64,000 nucleotides of DNA from Hyphomicrobiales bacterium (GTDB lineage: Bacteria; Pseudomonadota; Alphaproteobacteria; Rhizobiales; Rhizobiaceae), in NCBI GenBank assembly GCA_002400845.2, contig NVRK02000108.1:33-64032 (forward strand). The letters run 5' to 3'. Position numbers and translations under genes: made by a program. This document shows positions 15,823 to 24,928 of the stretch, one piece after another. Below the pieces are notes generated by a model, which saw only the letters and a program-made list of their open reading frames with translations, was not told the DNA's origin and made no database searches. Numbering within the stretch: the stretch's first letter is position 1; each line of letters begins with the position of its first letter.

Positions 15823-18459
15823 ATGAACGACCCAAGAGACACACCGCCGCCGCATCCTGGCCAAAATACACAGCACGATGCAGATCATGTAGCCAATCAA
15901 GATGCCAATCATGCTAAACCACCAAACGCTGGCAGTATTACTGGACAAGCGCTGGCGGCCAGACGTGGCCCAAATGCGCCTGATTATCTTGAAGGTTTAA
16001 ATCCAGAGCAAACAGAAGCTGTTCAAACCACAGAAGGTCCAGTTTTAGTATTAGCAGGTGCAGGCACTGGCAAAACGCGCGTATTAACAACCAGAATAGC
16101 GCATATTTTAGCCACGGGAAAAGCATGGCCTAGCCAAATTTTAGCAGTTACTTTTACCAATAAAGCCGCACGCGAAATGAAAGATCGCGTTGGCAGATAT
16201 GTGGGAGACCAAGTTGAAGGCATGCCTTGGCTTGGAACCTTCCACTCGGTTGGCGTTAAAATATTACGCCGCCATGCAGAATTGGTCGGCCTTAGATCTG
16301 ATTTTACGATTCTTGATACAGACGATCAAATTAGGCTGCTTAAGCAAATTATAAGAGCTGAAGGCATTGACGATAAACGCTGGCCAGCGCGTCAATTGGC
16401 GAACCACATCGATGGTTGGAAAAACAAAGCTCTAACGCCATCGCAAATTCCAGAAGGCGATGCGCGCGCCTTTGGCAACGGGAAAGGCCGTGAACTTTAT
16501 CAAATGTACCAAGACCGTTTGAAAATATTAAACGCGACCGATTTTGGAGATTTACTGACTGAAACTATTAGACTGTTTAAAGAGCACCCCGATGTGCTTG
16601 CAGAATATCACAGTAGGTTCAAGTATATTTTGGTCGACGAGTATCAAGATACTAACGTTGCACAATATATGTGGTTGCGATTACTGTCTCAAAATTCACT
16701 TCCCCCGCGACGAGATGTTTTGCAGGAATTAAAAGCTGATAAAGCAGCTTCAAAAGCACCTGTCAAAATAACCGCTCAAATGCAAGCCAATGCACAAGCA
16801 GGCGTGGAAGAGGCACCAGTGTCACCCAAAAAGCTCACAAACATATGCTGTGTGGGTGATGACGATCAATCCATCTATGGATGGCGTGGCGCTGAAGTGG
16901 ATAATATATTACGCTTCGACAAAGATTTCCCAGGTGCAAAAGTTATTCGCCTAGAACGCAATTACAGATCGACTTCGCATATTCTTGGGGCTGCATCTCA
17001 CCTAATCACCCATAATGAGGGTCGTTTAGGCAAAACACTTTTCACCGAATCTGTAAGCCCAGATGATAAAAAGGTTATGGTTTCAGCTTGCTGGGACAGC
17101 GAAGAAGAAGCACGCACAATTGGCGAAGAAATTGAACAATTACAACGCCAAGGCCACGAACTAAACAACATAGCAATTCTCGTTCGTGCATCATTTCAAA
17201 TGCGTGAATTTGAAGATCGCTTTGTTACCTTAGGTCTAAATTACCGCGTCATTGGTGGCCCACGTTTTTATGAACGTATGGAAATTAGGGACGCAATGGC
17301 CTATTTCCGTGTCATGTGCCAACCCGCAGATGACTTGGCGTTTGAACGCATTGTAAACACACCCAAGCGCGGCATTGGCGATGCAACACTTCGTATCATT
17401 CACGACTATGCCAGAGCCAAACGCATTCCACTAACAGTGGCGGCGCGCACGCTTACCCAGACAGAAGAACTTCGACCTAAAGTTCGCACAACCATTAAAG
17501 CCCTGCTCGATGATTTTGATCGCTGGGCTGGTATGTTAGACAATACATCGCACACAGAACTTGCAGAAATTGTTTTAGACGAATCTGGCTATACAGAGTT
17601 TTGGCAAAATGACCGCTCACCAGAAGCCCCCGGACGACTGGAAAACTTAAAAGAGCTTGTGCGTTCAATGGAAGGGTTTGAAAACCTTCGCGGCTTTTTA
17701 GAACATATTTCACTGGTCATGGATGTCGATAATAAAGAAGACCTAGACGCCGTTTCAATCATGACATTGCACTCTGCAAAAGGGTTAGAATTTGACAATG
17801 TCTTCTTACCAGGCTGGGAAGAGGGATTATTTCCACACCAACGCGCACTCGACGAAGGTGGACAAACAGGTCTCGAAGAAGAGCGCCGCCTCGCCTATGT
17901 TGGCATCACAAGAGCGCGTGAGCGTTGCCAAATTGTATTCACCTCTAATAGGCGCATACATGGCCTTTGGCAGTCGTCTATTCCCTCACGCTTTATCGAT
18001 GAATTGCCACCTGCTCATGTAGAAGTTACCGAGCAAGATAATGCCTATGGCGGCTATGGCGCAAACCGTGTTGGCGGTGGCTATGGCGCATCACGGTTTG
18101 ATACGTCCGACCCATTCAAATCAAGCTACGGCTCACCTGGTTGGCAACGCGCACAACGCGGCGCCAATCAACGCTCAGCACAAACTGGAGGTGATCCGGC
18201 AAAAAACAATTGGGGCACACGCTCTGGTGCTAATGTTTCTGAAGATAGAGGAAATACTCGAGGTGGTCGCACAATTGACGGCGAACTCATTGCCTCTTCC
18301 ATTAACGAGCCATCCTCAAAATTTACAGTTGGCGATAGAGTATTTCATATGAAATTTGGCAATGGCAATATAGCAGTAATTGATGGAAATAAACTCACCA
18401 TCGACTTTGATAAAGCTGGCCAAAAACGTGTGCTGGATAGTTTTCTAGAAGCTATTTGA
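15823..18459 (+). CDS. uvrD: ATP-dependent DNA helicase, UvrD/PcrA family
   Basis: Walker A AGAGTGKT, DEYQDTN, VGDDDQSIYGWRGA, RNYRST, TLHSAKGLEF, RRLAYVGITRA. C-terminal Tudor-like KFTVGDRVFHMKFGNGNI. Start is either ATG 15823 or TTG 15787. Confidence 0.93.
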   Translation: MNDPRDTPPPHPGQNTQHDADHVANQDANHAKPPNAGSITGQALAARRGPNAPDYLEGLNPEQTEAVQTTEGPVLVLAGAGTGKTRVLTTRIAHILATGKAWPSQILAVTFTNKAAREMKDRVGRYVGDQVEGMPWLGTFHSVGVKILRRHAELVGLRSDFTILDTDDQIRLLKQIIRAEGIDDKRWPARQLANHIDGWKNKALTPSQIPEGDARAFGNGKGRELYQMYQDRLKILNATDFGDLLTETIRLFKEHPDVLAEYHSRFKYILVDEYQDTNVAQYMWLRLLSQNSLPPRRDVLQELKADKAASKAPVKITAQMQANAQAGVEEAPVSPKKLTNICCVGDDDQSIYGWRGAEVDNILRFDKDFPGAKVIRLERNYRSTSHILGAASHLITHNEGRLGKTLFTESVSPDDKKVMVSACWDSEEEARTIGEEIEQLQRQGHELNNIAILVRASFQMREFEDRFVTLGLNYRVIGGPRFYERMEIRDAMAYFRVMCQPADDLAFERIVNTPKRGIGDATLRIIHDYARAKRIPLTVAARTLTQTEELRPKVRTTIKALLDDFDRWAGMLDNTSHTELAEIVLDESGYTEFWQNDRSPEAPGRLENLKELVRSMEGFENLRGFLEHISLVMDVDNKEDLDAVSIMTLHSAKGLEFDNVFLPGWEEGLFPHQRALDEGGQTGLEEERRLAYVGITRARERCQIVFTSNRRIHGLWQSSIPSRFIDELPPAHVEVTEQDNAYGGYGANRVGGGYGASRFDTSDPFKSSYGSPGWQRAQRGANQRSAQTGGDPAKNNWGTRSGANVSEDRGNTRGGRTIDGELIASSINEPSSKFTVGDRVFHMKFGNGNIAVIDGNKLTIDFDKAGQKRVLDSFLEAI

Positions 18460-18609
18460 GCGTTTACCATGACTGCAATTATATTCATTTAAATTTGACC
18501 TAAGCCATACCAGCACATAATCTATTTTTACGAGGAAAATTAAGACGGCAAAATCAGCTGCTATTAGCGCAAGTACGGCTACTAGCATCAGTTTAGTACA
18601 GGTATAGTC

Positions 18610-19290
18610 ATGCGTATTAAAAACAAATTTATCAATTCATTAGCTTCAATTGGCTTATTAACAGCAACAGTTCTAGTAACCTCGTCCATCTCCGCAAATG
18701 CGGCTTGCGCAATTGCACAGGGCAATGGAACAGCACAAAACCACTCAAAAGCAGTTCGCTTAGCAAAGCGCGACGCACGCTCAAAAGTGGGTAGAAACTT
18801 ACCTTCAAATGCCAGTTATTCTGAGCCTATTTGTTCTGTTGCAGATAATTTTGAAGCTGGCATTGCAACATATAGATGTTCAGTAGACCTATCATTTTGT
18901 ACAGCACCAAAAGTGCAACAGCCTGTTAATCACTTCAATAACAGCAATAAAAACTATTTCCGCCATACCAAACGCTCAAATTTCAGCTTTCACAATTTCA
19001 ATTTAAGCAGCCGTGCGAAATTTCGCAGTCACGCCTATGGAAGATTTCATGTTGGTGTTGGTCATCGCTATTCATGGCGTACACAAACGTGCCTAAACTT
19101 TAATGCATATGCTCAAGGTCGCTCATACAATCAAGCCGAGTTTTTAGTTGGCGATGCTTTAAACAAATCCTTATTTGACCATGTAGGTTTTGGGCTAAAT
19201 TCACATGTTGTAAAATCACAAGCACCAGCTTGTTACAACAACGGCCATGGTGTCATTAATTGCACCATGACGGCGCGCTATTGCAACTAA
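18610..19290 (+). CDS. Secreted Cys-rich hypothetical protein with an internal duplication
   Basis: 226 aa. Signal peptide ...VTSSISANA. Two ~65-aa four-Cys modules flank a His/Asn/Phe/Arg/Ser-rich linker. No family recognised. Followed by a terminator. Confidence 0.65.
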   Translation: MRIKNKFINSLASIGLLTATVLVTSSISANAACAIAQGNGTAQNHSKAVRLAKRDARSKVGRNLPSNASYSEPICSVADNFEAGIATYRCSVDLSFCTAPKVQQPVNHFNNSNKNYFRHTKRSNFSFHNFNLSSRAKFRSHAYGRFHVGVGHRYSWRTQTCLNFNAYAQGRSYNQAEFLVGDALNKSLFDHVGFGLNSHVVKSQAPACYNNGHGVINCTMTARYCN

Positions 19291-19315
19291 GTTAAAAATA
19301 ATTTCCAATAAAATA

Positions 19316-19349
19316 AGCCAGCCTTACAAACGTTAGCGCTGGCTTTTTT
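19316..19349 (+). terminator. Rho-independent terminator
   Basis: AGCCAGC (19316-19322) ... GCTGGCT (19338-19344) followed by TTTTT. Confidence 0.6.
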
Positions 19350-19489
19350 ACGACAATTTAAACAGACACCTTCCCCAACTTAACAACAACCTTTCCAAAC
19401 TTTAATCCACCTTACCAATCTGTAATTTGAAATTTGTGTTGAAACTCCCAATATGGGTAGGAGAGAAAAACATATTGGAAGGAATTACA

Positions 19490-19972
19490 ATGTTAGGCTT
19501 AAAACGTAAAACTTGGATTATTGGCGGAGTAGTTGCAGCGTTAACCGCAACGGGAGCCATTGCAGCAAAAAACCATTTCACACCTGAAAAACGCATGGCC
19601 TATATGTCAGATCGTGTTTCAGATAGTCTCAATCTAAATGTCACCCAAAAAGAAAGTTTCGAAAAAGTAGCGACCTCTTTCTTGCAAGTGCGCGGTGGTT
19701 CAGCAGACTTCATGCTCACATTATCTGGTCAGTTAAAAGATCTAGCGGCTGATAAAACCCTAACGGTTGAAGAAGTAAATACTCTGCGTGACCAAATTAA
19801 AGCTGAATTTGATCGCCGTTCTGAGATAGTAATTCCAGAGTTTGTCGCATTTTACAATTCTTTAGATGACGACCAGAAAGGCCAAATCCTTGACAAAATT
19901 GACAAGATTGAAAGCCGCGTAGAAGGCCATCACAAAGGGTATGGCAAACATCGTTTTTGGGGAAACCACTAA
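19490..19972 (+). CDS. Spy/CpxP-family periplasmic protein (LTXXQ-like motifs)
   Basis: ORF 19427-19972. Start moved to ATG 19490, preceded by GGAAGGA. Signal/TM segment MLGLKRKTWIIGGVVAALTATGAIAA. Helical, with LNVTQKE and LDDDQKG motifs. His-rich C-terminus. Confidence 0.65.
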   Translation: MLGLKRKTWIIGGVVAALTATGAIAAKNHFTPEKRMAYMSDRVSDSLNLNVTQKESFEKVATSFLQVRGGSADFMLTLSGQLKDLAADKTLTVEEVNTLRDQIKAEFDRRSEIVIPEFVAFYNSLDDDQKGQILDKIDKIESRVEGHHKGYGKHRFWGNH

Positions 19973-20186
19973 CCTTCAATTGGTTAAAACCTCCTCCCAA
20001 ATTCCATTGTGAATCATTATCCCACCATCTAGCGGCGAGCAATTATTGATATATTTGTTCGCTGATTTAGATTCGATAAGGTTAAAAATGTCCAAATTCT
20101 TTGCAAATTACACAAGAAAACAAATCTACTTGACTAAAAAATAGCCACCCATAATAATTTTATTGCACATTAAATAACCTTTTAAA

Positions 20187-20221
20187 GTCTATTATTTAAT
20201 CAATACGATTAAATAATAGAC
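20187..20221. promoter_or_regulatory. Perfect 15-bp inverted repeat with a 5-nt spacer upstream of amtB
   Basis: gtctattatttaatc (20187-20201) aatac gattaaataatagac (20207-20221). 113-147 nt upstream of ATG 20334. Confidence 0.6.
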
Positions 20222-20333
20222 AAAATAGTGCATATGCATATTTTTTCAACAATAGACTGACTTATTAACTTGCAAATAAATTAAATTTTAGCTTCTTTAG
20301 CTGGTATTCAAACAAACTCTGGGGAGAGAGATA

Positions 20334-21551
20334 ATGAATGCTGCTGATACAAGCTGGATTTTAACAGCAACAGCTCTTGTTCTGTTGATGACACTACCAG
20401 GCCTCGCATTGTTTTATGCTGGTCTTGTTCAAACCAAAAACATTCTATCTGTACTCATGCAATGTATTGCTGTTGCCTGCGCGATGTCAGTTCTTTGGTT
20501 TATCGCCGGGTATTCAATAGCATTTGCCGAGAATGCTACTGGAAATGCTTGGTGGGGAGGACTTTCCAAGTTTCTACTATTTGGGGTTGGCCGCGATACG
20601 CTTTCAGGCACAATACCAGAAGCCCTATTTGCAATGTTCCAAATGACATTTGCTGTTATAACGCCTGCCCTAATGATTGGCGCATTTGTTGAACGCATAA
20701 AATTTGGCGCAGTAATGCTAATCACTTCTCTTTGGTTATTGGTTGTTTATGCACCCGTTGTGCATTGGGTATGGGGCGGCGGCTGGCTGGCCGAACGCGG
20801 CGTTATAGACTTTGCTGGCGGTATTGTTGTGCACGTAACAGCAGGGGTATCTGCAGCAGTAATTGCTTACATGCTAGGCTCCCGAAAAGGCTTTCCAAAT
20901 AAAATCAATCCACCACATGCACCTTGGATGGTAATGATCGGAGCATCCCTTTTATGGGTCGGCTGGTTTGGGTTTAATGGTGGCTCTGCCCTTGCAGCAA
21001 ATGGAGATGCGGCTATGGCAATTTTAGTCACACACTTAGCAGCTGCAACTGCCTCGATCGTTTGGCTCGTAATTGAAAAAGTCCGTTTTGGAAAATCAAG
21101 TCTTGTGGGCCTTGTGACAGGAACCATTGCAGGCCTTGCAACAATCACACCTGCATCTGGAACGGTTGGGCCTCTTGGTGGTATTTTGCTCGGCCTGTCT
21201 GGTGGTATTATTTGTTATATTGCGGTTGATCTCATAAAGGGGAAAATGAACATAGATGACAGTCTTGACGTTTTGGCAGTGCATGGTATTGGCGGCGCAA
21301 CAGGCACATTAATTGTACCCTTCTTAGCAACAATAGGTTTTGGTGGTACTGGCCTCGCAGTAGGCGTTTCAGTTGGCTCTCAATTCATAACGCAAGCAAT
21401 TGGCGTTGGTTCAGTCGCTATTTACTCAGCTATAGCAACGGTTATAATAGTTCTCATTACAAAAGCTGTAACGGGTCTACGCGTTAGCGACGATGACGAA
21501 ATTGAAGGTTTAGATTTCACATCACACGGCGAATCAGGTTACCGTTTATAG
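20334..21551 (+). CDS. amtB: Ammonium transporter
   Basis: 405 aa, about 11 TM helices. FAGGIVVHVTAGVSAAV, DDSLDVLAVHGIGGATG. Confidence 0.95.
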   Translation: MNAADTSWILTATALVLLMTLPGLALFYAGLVQTKNILSVLMQCIAVACAMSVLWFIAGYSIAFAENATGNAWWGGLSKFLLFGVGRDTLSGTIPEALFAMFQMTFAVITPALMIGAFVERIKFGAVMLITSLWLLVVYAPVVHWVWGGGWLAERGVIDFAGGIVVHVTAGVSAAVIAYMLGSRKGFPNKINPPHAPWMVMIGASLLWVGWFGFNGGSALAANGDAAMAILVTHLAAATASIVWLVIEKVRFGKSSLVGLVTGTIAGLATITPASGTVGPLGGILLGLSGGIICYIAVDLIKGKMNIDDSLDVLAVHGIGGATGTLIVPFLATIGFGGTGLAVGVSVGSQFITQAIGVGSVAIYSAIATVIIVLITKAVTGLRVSDDDEIEGLDFTSHGESGYRL

Positions 21552-21577
21552 AATATTTTCCTTAGGAGGTTTTTAAT

Positions 21578-21916
21578 ATGAATTTAATCATGGCTATAAT
21601 CCAACCCCATAAGTTGGAAGATGTTCGCGAAGCGCTAAGTCTAATTGGAGTGACTGGAATGACTGTCACCGAGGTAAAAGGATATGGTCGACAAAAAGGC
21701 CATACCGAAATTTATCGCGGTGCAGAATATACCATCAACTATTTACCAAAAGTCAAAATTGAAGTCGCTGTCGATGACGGCACAGCAGACAAAGCAGTTG
21801 AAGCCATTCGCACAAGCGCTGGTCAAAACAAAATCGGCGACGGAAAAATATTCGTTTACGATCTATTGTCTGCAGTTCGCATTAGAACAGGCGAGAGTGG
21901 AGATGACGCACTTTAA
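21578..21916 (+). CDS. glnK: Nitrogen regulatory protein P-II (GlnK-type, downstream of amtB)
   Basis: 112 aa. T-loop GYGRQKGHTEIYRGAEY with Tyr51; TGESGDDAL C-terminus; GDGKIFV. Confidence 0.95.
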   Translation: MNLIMAIIQPHKLEDVREALSLIGVTGMTVTEVKGYGRQKGHTEIYRGAEYTINYLPKVKIEVAVDDGTADKAVEAIRTSAGQNKIGDGKIFVYDLLSAVRIRTGESGDDAL

Positions 21917-21974
21917 TAAAAAGCATTTGAGCTTTCGTATATAAGCGAAGTCATCTACTTGTGAATAGTTACTA

Positions 21975-22000
21975 GGGCCGCCCAAAATCGGCCCTTTTTT
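21975..22000 (+). terminator. Rho-independent terminator after glnK
   Basis: GGGCCG-cccaaaat-CGGCCC followed by TTTTTT. Confidence 0.8.
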
Positions 22001-22069
22001 GCGCGGTTTTTCATACCCTTTTTTACAGTTATGCTAAGGTGATTTTAATTTTAATGGATACTTTCACCC

Positions 22070-23911
22070 ATGCATGACGTTGGAATTAAACTTGCCCTAA
22101 TCGGCTTTGCTGGCATCGCCGCGCAATGGATTGCATGGCGCATACACCTACCTGCCATTGCACTGCTTTTTGCGGCAGGACTTATCGCTGGCCCTGTCAC
22201 TGGTTTCATCGACCCTATTCACGATTTTGGTGAAGTCTATCGCCCTGTTATTTCTCTAGCAGTTGCTATCATATTATTTGAAGGCGGTATGAGCCTCAAT
22301 TTTTCTGAAATACGAGAAACCTCAAAAGCTGTACGAAGAATAATCATTATTGGCGGCCCATTGGTTTGGGCGATGAGCGCAACAACCGCACATTATGTGG
22401 GTGGCTTAACATGGCAGACCTCTGCGATATTAGGCGCCATATTGGTTGTGACAGGCCCGACAGTTATTATGCCTCTTTTACGCCAAGCAAATTTAAAAGC
22501 CCGGCCTGCTTCGTTGTTAAGATGGGAAGCAATTATTAACGACCCCATTGGCGCGCTGTTTGCAGTATTGGCTTTTGAAACATTTTTAGTAATCAACAAT
22601 GTACACGACATTGATAATCTACTTATCAAAATAATACTTGCCCTAATCATTGCAATACCACTGGCTTGGGGCTTTGCTAAATTCATCATTTGGGCATTCA
22701 TTCGCGGTCATGTACCAGAGTTCTTAAAAGCGCCTGTATTAGTAACTTGCGCTTTGATTGCCTTTGCATCTACCAATATGGTTTTAGAAGAAGCAGGCCT
22801 ATTAACTGTCACCACCATGGGCATTGTTCTTGGCAATTCGCGACTTGCAAGCCTTACAGAAATGCGACGTTTCAAAGAAACAATCACCGTCATGCTTGTT
22901 TCTGCTGTATTCATTATGCTTACAGCATCATTGAATTTTAGTTTAATTTCTGGGTTGGGATGGAACGTTGTTTATTTCATTATTGTCATATTATTTATTG
23001 TGAGACCTATCGCAATTTTCACAGCAACAATTGGTACAGGACTAACATGGCAAGAACGACTGCTTACCATGTGGATTGCCCCGCGCGGCATTGTCGCTGT
23101 TGCAGTCTCGGGCCTATTTGGAGCAACCTTGGTTGACCAAGGCATCGCAGATGGCGAAAAGCTTTTAGCATTCACATTCGCAGTTGTTGCCGCAACCATA
23201 ATTTTACACGGGTTTAGTCTGCCAATTTTAGCAAAGTTTTTAGACTTAAAATCAACCCAGCGCCCCGGTATTTTATTCATTGGCTGTTCGCCTTGGACAG
23301 TTGCCTTTGCAGAAAAATTAAAATCGTTAGAAATACCCGTTTTAATTTCTGACAATGACTGGAAAAAATTGCAAATCGCGCGCGCAAAAAACATCCCAAC
23401 ATTCTTTGGGGATGCCTTATCCGAAAGTGCTCACCACCATCTTGCCATAACCACATGGGCCAAAGTGATTGCGGCCACCAATAACGATGCTTATAATGCT
23501 TTAATATGCACTGAATTTGGACCAGAGGTGGGAAGAGGCAATGTTTTTCAAATAGGCGAGCGCATTAATTCGAAAGACAGCGAAGCTTTTAGCGATAGAA
23601 ACAGTTTAAGATTTACAGTTGGTGGCAGACAATTGACCTCGTCAGGGGACAGTTACTTTGGCTTACTCTCCAAATATAGTTCAGGTTGGAGTTTTTCATC
23701 TACCCAACTCACAAAAGAATTCACCTTTGCTGACTTTCAAAACAGTCGCGAAAAAGGCTCCATCAATATAATGTGGTTTAAACCAAATAATAAATTTCAC
23801 TTTGCTTCAGACAATGAAGACGCTCAACCAAGTGAAGGCAACATAATTTTATCCTTTGGACCACGCCAATTGCGCGATGCTTCCAACGACCAACCAGAAA
23901 AAGATATTTAA
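22070..23911 (+). CDS. Cation:proton antiporter (CPA1, NhaP-type Na+/H+ exchanger) with a soluble C-terminal domain
   Basis: 613 aa. N-terminal ~400 aa polytopic (ILFEGGMSLNF, VVTGPTVIMPLL, INDPIGALFAV). C-terminal ~200 aa soluble. Confidence 0.85.
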   Translation: MHDVGIKLALIGFAGIAAQWIAWRIHLPAIALLFAAGLIAGPVTGFIDPIHDFGEVYRPVISLAVAIILFEGGMSLNFSEIRETSKAVRRIIIIGGPLVWAMSATTAHYVGGLTWQTSAILGAILVVTGPTVIMPLLRQANLKARPASLLRWEAIINDPIGALFAVLAFETFLVINNVHDIDNLLIKIILALIIAIPLAWGFAKFIIWAFIRGHVPEFLKAPVLVTCALIAFASTNMVLEEAGLLTVTTMGIVLGNSRLASLTEMRRFKETITVMLVSAVFIMLTASLNFSLISGLGWNVVYFIIVILFIVRPIAIFTATIGTGLTWQERLLTMWIAPRGIVAVAVSGLFGATLVDQGIADGEKLLAFTFAVVAATIILHGFSLPILAKFLDLKSTQRPGILFIGCSPWTVAFAEKLKSLEIPVLISDNDWKKLQIARAKNIPTFFGDALSESAHHHLAITTWAKVIAATNNDAYNALICTEFGPEVGRGNVFQIGERINSKDSEAFSDRNSLRFTVGGRQLTSSGDSYFGLLSKYSSGWSFSSTQLTKEFTFADFQNSREKGSINIMWFKPNNKFHFASDNEDAQPSEGNIILSFGPRQLRDASNDQPEKDI

Positions 23912-23915
23912 CACC

Positions 23916-24800
23916 ATGTCGCAAATTAGACTTTATTTCGAAACAAGTGAACAAAAAGCAAAAGAGATCAACGCAGTTTTTGAAATTGATTTTGAAGAAG
24001 ATGGATACCCTGTCGCCATTTTTGAAGTTGATGAAGAAAAAGCAATTTGGGCTGTCTCAGTCTACTCCCCTGAAGAAAATATAAGTGAAACTGAAAAACG
24101 CATTCATGAGCTTTTGAAAAATCTAGATTATAGCGCAAATATTGAACATGAAAAATTAGAAGATTATGGCTGGATTGAAAAAACACTCAGTGATCTTGCG
24201 CCAGTACGCGCGGGTCGTTTTTTGGTTCACGGAAGCCACGACAAAGACAGCGTAAAACCAAGTGACATAGGAATTTTGGTAGATGCTGGCCTTGCCTTTG
24301 GTACTGGACACCACGGCACAACTGCTGGCTGTTTAGAAATGATTGGCGCCGAATTAAAGAGCGGTCATTTTCGCAACGCCCTAGATTTGGGTGCAGGCTC
24401 AGGTGTGTTAGCAATTGCAGTTGCTAAAGCAAAACGAATCCCTGTTTTAGCAAGTGACATTGACCCTATCGCCATGGAAGTTTGCAACCAAAATGCGCGT
24501 ATAAACGGTGTATCGAAATTTGTAAAATCAATTACTGCGGTCGGGTTTAATCACAACGAATTTTCTAAATATGTACCGTTCGATTTGGTAATCGCTAACA
24601 TTTTAGCTGGCCCGCTACAAAAACTAGCATTCGATATGTCACGTCATCTTTCTGATGACGCAATTGTTATTTTATCTGGCCTATTGCCAAATCAAAAAGC
24701 GCGTATTGTTTCAAGCTATAGAGCCCAAGGCCTTGCACTTAAAAAGGCTTATATTCGTGATGGGTGGCTTACATTGGTTTTAAAAAACATAAGGCGTTAA
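23916..24800 (+). CDS. prmA: Ribosomal protein L11 methyltransferase
   Basis: ORF 23856-24800. Start moved to ATG 23916 (MSQIRLYFE), 5 nt after the antiporter stop. DAGLAFGTGHHGTT and SAM motif LDLGAGSGVLAIA. Confidence 0.9.
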   Translation: MSQIRLYFETSEQKAKEINAVFEIDFEEDGYPVAIFEVDEEKAIWAVSVYSPEENISETEKRIHELLKNLDYSANIEHEKLEDYGWIEKTLSDLAPVRAGRFLVHGSHDKDSVKPSDIGILVDAGLAFGTGHHGTTAGCLEMIGAELKSGHFRNALDLGAGSGVLAIAVAKAKRIPVLASDIDPIAMEVCNQNARINGVSKFVKSITAVGFNHNEFSKYVPFDLVIANILAGPLQKLAFDMSRHLSDDAIVILSGLLPNQKARIVSSYRAQGLALKKAYIRDGWLTLVLKNIRR

Positions 24801-24825
24801 GTCACTTTATTCCATGCCAATAAAA

Positions 24826-24856
24826 ATTGGCCCTTTATAGGGCCAATACATTTTTT
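24826..24856 (+). terminator. Rho-independent terminator after prmA
   Basis: ATTGGCCC-tttata-GGGCCAAT, then aca TTTTTT. Confidence 0.75.
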
Positions 24857-24875
24857 AAAAATGTGTCTTAAAAAG

Positions 24876-24899
24876 CAAAAAAGCGAGGCTAGCCCCGCT
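24876..24899 (-). terminator. Rho-independent terminator after the small minus-strand ORF
   Basis: Minus strand reads AAGCGGGGCTAGCCTCGCTTTTTTG (7-bp stem with one G:U, then U-tract), about 30 nt past the stop at 24929. Confidence 0.65.
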
Positions 24900-24928
24900 T
24901 CTTATCAAATTCTAATGTTTAGCGCTTT

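Noticed and set aside
20088-20144. 18-codon upstream ORF (MSKFFANYTRKQIYLTKK) in the amtB leader
   Set aside because: It is too short to assess. It has only a marginal AAGG upstream, and no Asn/Gln-rich or other attenuation-type logic is evident.
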